Source: Candidatus Sumerlaeia bacterium | GTDB lineage: Bacteria > Sumerlaeota > Sumerlaeia > SLMS01 | Assembly: GCA_038208905.1 (NCBI GenBank) | Contig: JBBQYG010000071.1 | Span: 1 to 18,325, forward strand | DNA length: 18,325 bases | Reading direction: 5' to 3' | The notes under the pieces: generated by a model | Databases searched by the model: none | The model's input: the letters and a program-made list of their open reading frames with translations, nothing else | What the model was told of the DNA's origin: nothing | Shown here: positions 1-6,934 of the stretch, piece by piece | Position numbering within the stretch: the first letter of the stretch is position 1 | How the letters are laid out: the number at the start of each line of letters is the position of its first letter | Position numbers and translations under genes: made by a program

Positions 1-130
1 GTGGGGGAGTCGTCAGGATGGTGACGGTGTGGCCAGCGCCAAGCAGGCCCTCGGCGACATCCTGACCATGCCACTCAAGGCCGCCGGCCCGGTGACAGGG
101 AAAACTTCGAGATATAAGGAGGACGTGCAT
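1..130 (-). CDS. Glycosyltransferase family 4 (GT-B), N-terminal part; runs off the left window edge
   Basis: Not in the ORF track. Manual translation from ATG at 130 (-) gives MHVLLISRSFPCHRAGGLEWHGQDVAEGLLGAGHTVTILTTPP, which fits the GT4 N-terminal pattern (beta strand, P..GG.E, helix, GH.V.v.t). Confidence 0.85.
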   Translation of the reverse strand, partial: MHVLLISRSFPCHRAGGLEWHGQDVAEGLLGAGHTVTILTTPP

Positions 131-227
131 GGCCCGTTGCGGTGGCGCGCTAATTCACTTTTCCCGTTTAGCATTCCGCGTCGAGGGCACACTGGAAAGG
201 ACTAATCGCCCGCGAAGCGGAAAAAAA

Positions 228-1679
228 TCAGCGCGTGTCGCCCTGTCGCATCCGATAGGGGACCAGCACGCGCGCGCCGTCGGGTGTGACAACCACCTCG
301 CCCGCCGCCGCGTCCACGTTGCGCATGCCGCGGCCCTGGGTCGCGCGAAGGAGCTGCAGCAGCGCCATAGCCTTTTCCTCGCTCGGCGCCTGAAACACCA
401 CGAACCCCGTGAAGCCGGGCTGCGGAGTGGGCCCCGGCGTTGTGGCGGTTGCGGCAGGCGAGTCGTCGCGCACTTCGCGCGACGCGATGGCTTGGTCTTC
501 CTTCTTGGCCCCGGCCGCAATCAGAGCGGATTCGCGGTCGTTGGCGAAGAGCAGGAGGCGCCCTTCGTTTTTGATTACCAGTTCCACCATCTCGTCGAAA
601 GTCTGGACTTCCGGGCGCGTGGCCGTACTCTTGATCGCTTTCGAGGCAATCTGGGGCGCGGCGCTCGCCCGACGCCGGGCCGCCGCGCTCTCTTCGATCC
701 CCGGTAGCGCCGTCATGGCCATCCCAAACGCAAGCATCGTCACGCTCGAATCAGAGTCGGCGCGGGCACTTGAAGCGGAAGAGAAAGTGTCGATTCCGAT
801 ACTTCCCGCCACGGGTTCCTCTTCGCCAAAAAAGGTGGTTGCCGGAGCCACCGCATCTGCCGCCGCCGGGGGTGCTGGCTTTTCGGCGCGCGCGATTTGC
901 CGCGCGTTGAGGTCCTGCGTGACCGTCGAAATGCCACCGTCAGAAACAGTCCCATTAGATGGGTCATCGACGAAGTTGGACATCGATCCCATCGGCGAGG
1001 CCGGAGCATCGCTCTCCTCGCGTGGCGCATAGGCGACTTCGGATCGGTCGGCGTTCCAACGCGGTGAATTGGCTGCCGCGCCCAGATCATGACTCGCTTC
1101 GTCATCCGCGAATGCCTTGTCCTTTGCCATCGCCAATTCGCCGATTGGCTCCTGCCTTGCGCGCCCCGCGCCGTCGCTCGACTTCCTCTCACCGACGCTC
1201 GCGACTTCGCGCGTACGCTTCATATCGGGGGGCGCCGACTCCTCCAGCGCGGAAGGCGCTATGGCGCCTGTGGCGGGCTCGGCTGACTTCGCCAGCGCGA
1301 TCTCCGCTCTCGACGAATCTTGCGACGCGATCTGCCCATCACCCGGACGATTCATTGTCATCACCGCCACCGTCACCACCGCGGCGGCGGTCCCGCCCAG
1401 CAGCATCGCCACGCCGCCAAACCTACGCCGCGGGGCGACCTCCACAACGCGGGCTGTGCGGGCTTCATCGCGCGCAGCGGCCAAAATACCCTGGGGGGCG
1501 TTGACGCGCGGCGTGGCGCGCATCATCGCCACCAGCGCGATTTCCTGCCGTGCCTCCTCGCGCCAGTCCGCGTGCGCGGCCAGCACGGACTCGTACTCCC
1601 GGCGGGTTTCCGGCGTGTGATCGCCGTCGATCTCCAACAGCAGGAGTTCCTCGAATCGCGTGCGCGCGCCTTGGCTCAT
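228..1679 (-). CDS. Membrane-anchored anti-sigma factor: zinc-ligand-free ASD, one TM helix, long low-complexity extracytoplasmic region, small C-terminal domain
   Basis: ATGA overlap with the ECF sigma stop (1676-1679). N-terminus ELLLLEIDGDHTPETRREYESVLAAHADWREE follows anti-sigma domain spacing. TM segment FGGVAMLLGGTAAAVVTVAVMTM follows RRR. Confidence 0.8.
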   Translation of the reverse strand: MSQGARTRFEELLLLEIDGDHTPETRREYESVLAAHADWREEARQEIALVAMMRATPRVNAPQGILAAARDEARTARVVEVAPRRRFGGVAMLLGGTAAAVVTVAVMTMNRPGDGQIASQDSSRAEIALAKSAEPATGAIAPSALEESAPPDMKRTREVASVGERKSSDGAGRARQEPIGELAMAKDKAFADDEASHDLGAAANSPRWNADRSEVAYAPREESDAPASPMGSMSNFVDDPSNGTVSDGGISTVTQDLNARQIARAEKPAPPAAADAVAPATTFFGEEEPVAGSIGIDTFSSASSARADSDSSVTMLAFGMAMTALPGIEESAAARRRASAAPQIASKAIKSTATRPEVQTFDEMVELVIKNEGRLLLFANDRESALIAAGAKKEDQAIASREVRDDSPAATATTPGPTPQPGFTGFVVFQAPSEEKAMALLQLLRATQGRGMRNVDAAAGEVVVTPDGARVLVPYRMRQGDTR

Positions 1680-2266
1680 CGACGGTCCTCCACTTCCAGG
1701 ACGTCGGTCATCAGGCGGCGCAACTCCGCGCGCCCCCGGTTGATGCGGGACTTGATGGTGCCGATCGGCACGGCGAGCGCGTCGGCGATCTCGTCGTAGC
1801 TGCGGTCCTCGATGTAGCGCAGCACCAGCACGATCCTAAACTCCTCGGGCAGTTCGCCCATCCGTTCCATCATCAACTGATGCATCTCTTTGCCGGCGGC
1901 CTGCTCCCGGGGCGAAACGCCCGGGTCGCGGTACTGGCGGACTGGCGCGTCCTCGCCCTGGCCCTCCGGCTGGGCCTCCAGCGAAACAAAGCGGGCGCGA
2001 TGCCGTCCGGTGGCCACGGCCCGGTTCTTGGAAAAATTCACCGTCATCCGGTACAGCCAGGTGGTGAACCGGCTCTCGCCGCGAAACTGGCCGATATGGC
2101 GAAAGGCGCTGACCAGAACCTCCTGGGCCACTTCCCGGGCGGCGTCGTCATTGCCACCCACAAGGCCCATCGCCGTCCGATACACCCTGTCCTGATGCTT
2201 CGTCAGGAGCGTTTCCAGCGCGGCCATGTCGCCCCCGCGAGCCCGGGCAACCAACTGGTCATCCAT
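1676..2266 (-). CDS. ECF (sigma-70 group 4) RNA polymerase sigma factor
   Basis: Region 2: ARGGDMAALETLLTKHQDRVYRTA...AQEVLVSAFRHIGQFRGESRFTTWLYRMTVN. Region 4: LPEEFRIVLVLRYIEDRSYDEIADALAVPIGTIKSRINRGR. Start set at ATG 2266 (preceded by GGAAGAG, 196 aa); ATG 2299 is the alternative and the track start at 2398 looks too long. Confidence 0.95.
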   Translation of the reverse strand: MDDQLVARARGGDMAALETLLTKHQDRVYRTAMGLVGGNDDAAREVAQEVLVSAFRHIGQFRGESRFTTWLYRMTVNFSKNRAVATGRHRARFVSLEAQPEGQGEDAPVRQYRDPGVSPREQAAGKEMHQLMMERMGELPEEFRIVLVLRYIEDRSYDEIADALAVPIGTIKSRINRGRAELRRLMTDVLEVEDRR

Positions 2267-2290
2267 CTCGGTCTCTTCCCGGCTCACGGC

Positions 2291-2320
2291 TTCGGACATT
2301 GCAAGGGCCGGGATTGTTCC
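2291..2320 (-). promoter_or_regulatory. Candidate ECF-type (autoregulatory) promoter GGAAC-N18-GTCCGAA
   Basis: Minus strand reads GGAAC aatcccggcccttgcaat GTCCGAA, ending 24 nt before ATG 2266. Resembles the AAC/GTC elements of ECF promoters. Confidence 0.5.
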
Positions 2321-2612
2321 CGGCGCGCCCCGATTCTGATTGGTCTGCGAAGGGACCGAAACGGCGCCCCTTCGGTTTGGCCCCAGCGTGCCCGCCACAA
2401 TTCGCCGCGCCTTGGATGAGGCTCAATCAAAGAGGTATCCGCCCTGAAATTGCCGGTTGGATCGTCCTTTTACTTGCCGCCGCCGGAGACAACCCCTCAC
2501 GCTTGCCTGAGCTACAAGGACCGAATCCCCCACACTCCAGCCCGGAGGGCCGGTTGCGGGGCCGCAGCGGATTCACGCAACGCCCGGATATTAGGGAGCC
2601 GATCATTCCCCG

Positions 2613-3410
2613 ATGGACACCGAGACCACCAAGAGCGTGATCAAGATTCAGGCCGCTGGGCTTAGCGACCGGGGCATGAAGCGCGGCCATAACGAGGACT
2701 CCCTCTCCGTCGTTCCGAATCTGGGGCTGTTCATCGTCGCCGACGGCATGGGCGGCCACAACGCCGGCGAGGTCGCCAGCCGCCAGGCCATCGAGTCCAT
2801 GGTTGAATTCCTCCGCGACACCCAGAACGGCGAGGTCGACAAGTGGCCGCTCCCGCCCAATCCCGAACTTTCCCTTCTGGAGAATCGCGCCGTCGGCGGG
2901 ATCAAGCTGGCCAACCGCGATGTGTGCAAGCTCTCCATGGAGCACCCCGAATACCACGGCATGGGGACCACGCTGGTCAGCCTGCTGCTGGACCCGCCGA
3001 GCGCCGCGGCCTCCATCGCCCACGTCGGCGACTCGCGAGCCTATCGCCTGCGCGACGGCCGACTGCACAAGCTGACCTCCGACCATAGCTGGGTGGAGGA
3101 GCAACTCCAGCGCGGGATCATCACTGCGGAGGAGGCCCGCAACCACCGATGGAAAAACGTCATAACCCGCGCCCTCGGTAACAAGCTCGACGTCGAGGTG
3201 GACGTGGCGACTTTCGACGTGAAGGACAACGACGTGTTCCTGCTGTGCAGCGACGGTCTCTCCGGCATGGTGGAACTTGAGCACATGGAACATCTCCTCG
3301 TCAGCGAGCCCGACTTGGAGGAGTGCGCCCAGGCCCTCGTCCAGGCCGCCAACGACGCCGGCGGGAACGACAACATTTCGCTGATCCTGATCCGCACGCT
3401 GAGAGAGTGA
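2613..3410 (+). CDS. PP2C/PPM-family Ser/Thr phosphatase (Stp1/PrpC type)
   Basis: Full motif set: SDRGMKRGHNEDS, VADGMGGHNAGEVAS, GMGTT, AHVGDSRAY, LTSDHS, NVITRALG, LLCSDGL, GGNDNIS. Confidence 0.97.
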   Translation: MDTETTKSVIKIQAAGLSDRGMKRGHNEDSLSVVPNLGLFIVADGMGGHNAGEVASRQAIESMVEFLRDTQNGEVDKWPLPPNPELSLLENRAVGGIKLANRDVCKLSMEHPEYHGMGTTLVSLLLDPPSAAASIAHVGDSRAYRLRDGRLHKLTSDHSWVEEQLQRGIITAEEARNHRWKNVITRALGNKLDVEVDVATFDVKDNDVFLLCSDGLSGMVELEHMEHLLVSEPDLEECAQALVQAANDAGGNDNISLILIRTLRE

Positions 3411-3439
3411 GGAGCCCCCGAGGGGGCTCCCCTATTTTT
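3411..3439 (+). terminator. Intrinsic terminator hairpin between convergent genes
   Basis: GGAGCCCC-cgag-GGGGCTCC (3411-3430, perfect 8-bp stem) directly after the PP2C stop, followed by cctaTTTTT. It fills the gap to the convergent gene and may act on both strands. Confidence 0.75.
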
Positions 3440-4637
3440 CAATCTCGAACGGAATGAACACCAGTGGCGTCGGGAGGCACGATGCCCCCGGCGGCGAATA
3501 GGTCAGCTTGATGGTATCCGTCTTGCCGGATGCCAGCGGTGGAAAAGTCTGGATCACCACCACTTCCGGCGCCGACCTCGTCATCAACTTGTCCGCCGGG
3601 ATCGAAACGACGCCGCCGGGCCAATAGCCATCGCTAACCTTCATAGTGTTGGCCATGCCGCCGCACCATTGCGATCCGAAGCGTGCGTTATAGGTCACGA
3701 GCGCCACCGGACGACCGTCGCCGACGCGCTCGATCTCGATCTCGTACATGATGCCGTAGTTGCCCTTCAGCTCCAGCTCCGCGCCGGTGCTGCCATCCAC
3801 GCCCCTCACCCACGGGTCGTTCTTTCCGTCGGCCACTATCAGCTCCTGAATCCCCGCGGCGGGATCCAGCCTTGCCTTCACGCTGTAGTTGCTGATCTCG
3901 AACTTGCCGCGTCCCGCGTTCTTGCGCGGACTCTCGATCACTTCCTTGATTCGGGACGATGCCTCGACGGAGGATGTCTCCGGAGCCGTCTGCACGACGC
4001 TGATCCGGGCGGGCTGGTTGACGCGGAATTCATAGAGCCCGTGGACCAAATCATCGTACTTCGAAATGGCGGTGTCCATTCGCGCGTCGAGCGGCGCGGA
4101 ACCACCCGCGGGGATCGTCACCGTTGGCAGGGCGCGGACGCCATCGGGGTACTTGAAGTATCCCGCCAGCGCGTTCTTCGCCACGCCGAAGTAGTTGCCG
4201 CTGGGCGCATCGAATGAGCCGCGAATGAACTCCACCCGCAACTCCTCCGTTCCCAGATTGTCCACCACCACGGAAATCTTGCGATCGATTTTCTCCGGCT
4301 CCTTTACGCCGTTCACATTGTAAACGTAAAGGCGCACCTCCCCCGGCTCGACTTCCTCGCGCAGCGCGACGCCCTCGGGAATGCGTATATACTCGGGGTC
4401 GTCGGAGATGATGTACTGCGGCCCAGGCAAGACGCTCTGGGTGTAGGCGATGGACGTCGCGCTCGTGAGGTCCAAAGACTTCAGCTCCACTGCCTCGCCA
4501 GGGCGCGCCTCCGTAAGAATGGCGTCGCTAGTGCGGCCAATCGGCGGCTCCTCAGTAACGACCCCGGGGGTGTCCTGGGCGTGTAGTTGGCCAATCAGCG
4601 CGGCCATCGCGAGCACTGAGAAAAGGGTCTTTTTCAT
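3432..4637 (-). CDS. Secreted protein of unknown function (Sec signal peptide)
   Basis: Signal peptide MKKTLFSVLAMAALIGQLHA/QD and strong SD AAAAGGAG (4647-4654). Motifs ISDDPEYI, VRLYVYNVN, RGKF, LKGNYGIMY and YSPPGASCLP recall, from memory only, a family often auto-annotated 'copper amine oxidase'; no amine oxidase active-site motif recognised. Confidence 0.85.
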   Translation of the reverse strand: MKKTLFSVLAMAALIGQLHAQDTPGVVTEEPPIGRTSDAILTEARPGEAVELKSLDLTSATSIAYTQSVLPGPQYIISDDPEYIRIPEGVALREEVEPGEVRLYVYNVNGVKEPEKIDRKISVVVDNLGTEELRVEFIRGSFDAPSGNYFGVAKNALAGYFKYPDGVRALPTVTIPAGGSAPLDARMDTAISKYDDLVHGLYEFRVNQPARISVVQTAPETSSVEASSRIKEVIESPRKNAGRGKFEISNYSVKARLDPAAGIQELIVADGKNDPWVRGVDGSTGAELELKGNYGIMYEIEIERVGDGRPVALVTYNARFGSQWCGGMANTMKVSDGYWPGGVVSIPADKLMTRSAPEVVVIQTFPPLASGKTDTIKLTYSPPGASCLPTPLVFIPFEIEK

Positions 4638-4701
4638 GGGGGGCGGCTCCTTTTGGGAAACTTAACGTCATCTAACTGTTCATCGAATTGGAGGCGCCGG
4701 G

Positions 4702-4730
4702 TCCCGACTGCATGGAAGCTCCTGCGTTCC
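4702..4730 (-). promoter_or_regulatory. Second candidate ECF-type promoter GGAAC-N17-GTCGGGA
   Basis: Minus strand reads GGAAC gcaggagcttccatgca GTCGGGA in the 99-bp gap upstream of the secreted protein gene. Confidence 0.4.
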
Positions 4731-4736
4731 AGTAAG

Positions 4737-5450
4737 CTACTGCGTCGCGGCAGCGAATACGCCGATCCGATTGGCTACTTCTTCCACCTTCTCCACCACG
4801 CCATCGCGGATATTGACGATGCGCTGGGCGTGCTCGGCGATGTCGCGCTCGTGCGTCACCAGGATGATCGTGCGGCCCTGGGAATTCAGACGCCCGAAGA
4901 GCCCCATGATCTCCTCGCCGGTCCTGGAGTCAAGGTTTCCGGTGGGCTCGTCGGCGAGGAGAATGGCGGGCTCGTTGATCAAGGCGCGCGCGATAGCGAC
5001 GCGCTGGCGCTGGCCACCGCTCAGTTCATTGGGAAGGTGGCGCGCGCGGTCGGACAATCCGACATCCTCGATCACGCCGATCGCTTTCGATGCGCGAAGC
5101 GAAGGGCGCGCGCCCGCATAGATCATCGGCAGTTCCACGTTCTGGCGGACGTTCATCGTGGGGAGCAGGTTGAAGCTCTGGAATACGAAGCCGATCTCGC
5201 GGTTGCGCGTGCGGGACAACTCGTCGTCGCCCAGCGTCTGCACCTGACGCCCGCGCAGCTCGTAGATCCCCTCCGTAGGGCGGTCGAGACAGCCCAGAAT
5301 GTGCATCAGCGTGCTCTTTCCGCTGCCCGAGGGACCCATGATCGCCACATAGGCACCCTCCTCGATCTCCAGGTCGAGGCCGCGGAGCGCCTTCACGGAA
5401 ACGGGACCCGACTCATAGGTCTTGGTAAGGGCCTTGAGGCGGATGATCAT
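4737..5450 (-). CDS. ABC transporter ATP-binding protein, MacB/LolD/YknY family (stand-alone NBD)
   Basis: Walker A GPSGSGKS, IGFVFQSFNLLP, signature LSGGQRQR, Walker B ILLADEPTGNLD, H-loop VTHE. ATGA overlap with the upstream gene. Confidence 0.97.
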   Translation of the reverse strand: MIIRLKALTKTYESGPVSVKALRGLDLEIEEGAYVAIMGPSGSGKSTLMHILGCLDRPTEGIYELRGRQVQTLGDDELSRTRNREIGFVFQSFNLLPTMNVRQNVELPMIYAGARPSLRASKAIGVIEDVGLSDRARHLPNELSGGQRQRVAIARALINEPAILLADEPTGNLDSRTGEEIMGLFGRLNSQGRTIILVTHERDIAEHAQRIVNIRDGVVEKVEEVANRIGVFAAATQ

Positions 5451-6934
5451 TCCCCGCCTCCGCCCGTGGGGGCCGCCTGTTCGCCGGCGGGGCGTCGCCG
5501 ACGTGGCCGCTCCCCCTCCTGTGGCTGGAGGGCGGGCGGTGGCGGCGCGGCGGCGCGTTTCGCCTCTGCGTCGGCCTCGAGCTGCTTCCTCACCATCGCC
5601 AGCGCTGCGCGGCCAGTCACGCGCGCCTCGTCCAACGTCCCCGCGGGATCGCGCAGGTACACCGTTTCACCCTCGCTCACGTCGCCCTCGATGGCCGCCA
5701 CCAGGTCATTGATTAGCAGCACCTTGGCCGCCTTGAAGGATCCCGGTCCTGTATAGACGCCAAGCTTTCCATCCCGCGCCGCCATCGCCTCGATGGGTAC
5801 GATCAGCGCGTCGTCGGCGCGACCCACTTCGATGCGAGCGGTCGCCGTCATTCCCTGGAAGAAGAGCGGGTTGCTGTCCGCCATGCGGATGCGAACCTCG
5901 AATTCGCGCGGCCCGGTTGTCGTCGTCGATCCGCCGCGCCCCGAACTGGTGTCGATGGGGACGATCGACTTGCGGTCCACCGTGCCCTTGAATCTCTGGC
6001 CGGGGAGCGCGTCGAGAAGGACTTCCGCGGACTGACCGATCTCCACCGATGCGATTTCCAACTCGCTGACCGGCACCAGGGCTACCATCTCCGACCGATC
6101 GGGAATCTCGACCAGGTTCTGGCGCGGAAACACGGAATCGCCCTCCGCCACCTTGGTTGACTGGCCCTGCCGGAAGCTGCGCTGATAGGTGACCTCGCCC
6201 GCCACCGGTGCGCGGAGAACCGCGCTGTCGATTCGTTGCTGTGTGTCGGTCAGCACTTTCTCGATGCGGTCGATCTCGAGTTTTGCCTTGTCGATCTGAG
6301 TCTGCCTTACGCGCAGATTGGAGGCGAGGTTCTCCTCGGTCTTCTTCAGGTTGATGCGCGCGTTGCGGAGTTCCACCGCCGATTGCAGCTTCACGAGCTG
6401 CGCATCGTCGAGGCGGCTCGTCGCGGAGATCTTCCTGTCCACGAGGATCTTCTCGGTGTCGTATTTCATCTCCGAGTCGCGGAGGCGCTGCTCCGCAAGC
6501 TCCACGCGCGCCTGCTCTGCCTCCAGGTTGTACTGATTCTGGATCTCCTGCAGGCGATAGGCTTCCTCCGCCGCCTCGTGGTCCTTCTTCGCCAAGCGCA
6601 GGCTCGCCTCGGTGTCGATCATCTTCTGGTCGAGTTCCTCGGTATCCATCCAGATGACGGGATCCTCCGGGGCGACGCGCGTGCCCTCGGGAACCAGCTT
6701 GACGATCTTCCCCTCGAACGGGGCGGAGAGCAAAGCGCTCCGCGACGCCTTCAACTCGCCGATGCTCGATACCGTGCGGACGACTGATCCCTTGCGGACC
6801 GACGCGGTTGGAATACCGGACGCGCCGCGGGCAGTTGCCGCACTCTGGGCGCGGGCGCTTTCCACGACGGGCATTCCAGCCAGCGATGCAAGACCGACAA
6901 GCGCCGCGACAGCGAAGTGGTTGAGTCTCCTCAC
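5447..6934 (-). CDS. Periplasmic adaptor / membrane fusion protein (MacA/HlyD-like)
   Basis: Split lipoyl halves LSAPFEGKIVKLVPEGTRV and LRAPVAGEV...KVAEGDSV flank a long coiled coil; VSELEIASVEIGQ, FQGMTATARI, ALIVPIEA. GTGA overlap with the TolC gene stop. Confidence 0.93.
   Translation of the reverse strand: MRRLNHFAVAALVGLASLAGMPVVESARAQSAATARGASGIPTASVRKGSVVRTVSSIGELKASRSALLSAPFEGKIVKLVPEGTRVAPEDPVIWMDTEELDQKMIDTEASLRLAKKDHEAAEEAYRLQEIQNQYNLEAEQARVELAEQRLRDSEMKYDTEKILVDRKISATSRLDDAQLVKLQSAVELRNARINLKKTEENLASNLRVRQTQIDKAKLEIDRIEKVLTDTQQRIDSAVLRAPVAGEVTYQRSFRQGQSTKVAEGDSVFPRQNLVEIPDRSEMVALVPVSELEIASVEIGQSAEVLLDALPGQRFKGTVDRKSIVPIDTSSGRGGSTTTTGPREFEVRIRMADSNPLFFQGMTATARIEVGRADDALIVPIEAMAARDGKLGVYTGPGSFKAAKVLLINDLVAAIEGDVSEGETVYLRDPAGTLDEARVTGRAALAMVRKQLEADAEAKRAAAPPPPALQPQEGERPRRRRPAGEQAAPTGGGGE

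Noticed and set aside
210-227. CCGC-GAA-GCGG hairpin plus A7 as terminator
   Set aside because: The stem is only 4 bp, and on the transcribed minus strand the T-run precedes the hairpin.
2120-2160. Phosphorylation-activated ECF (EcfP/EcfK type), suggested by the adjacent PP2C
   Set aside because: Region 2.2 (NDDAAREVAQE) keeps acidic residues and has no Ser/Thr there, and a conventional anti-sigma is present.
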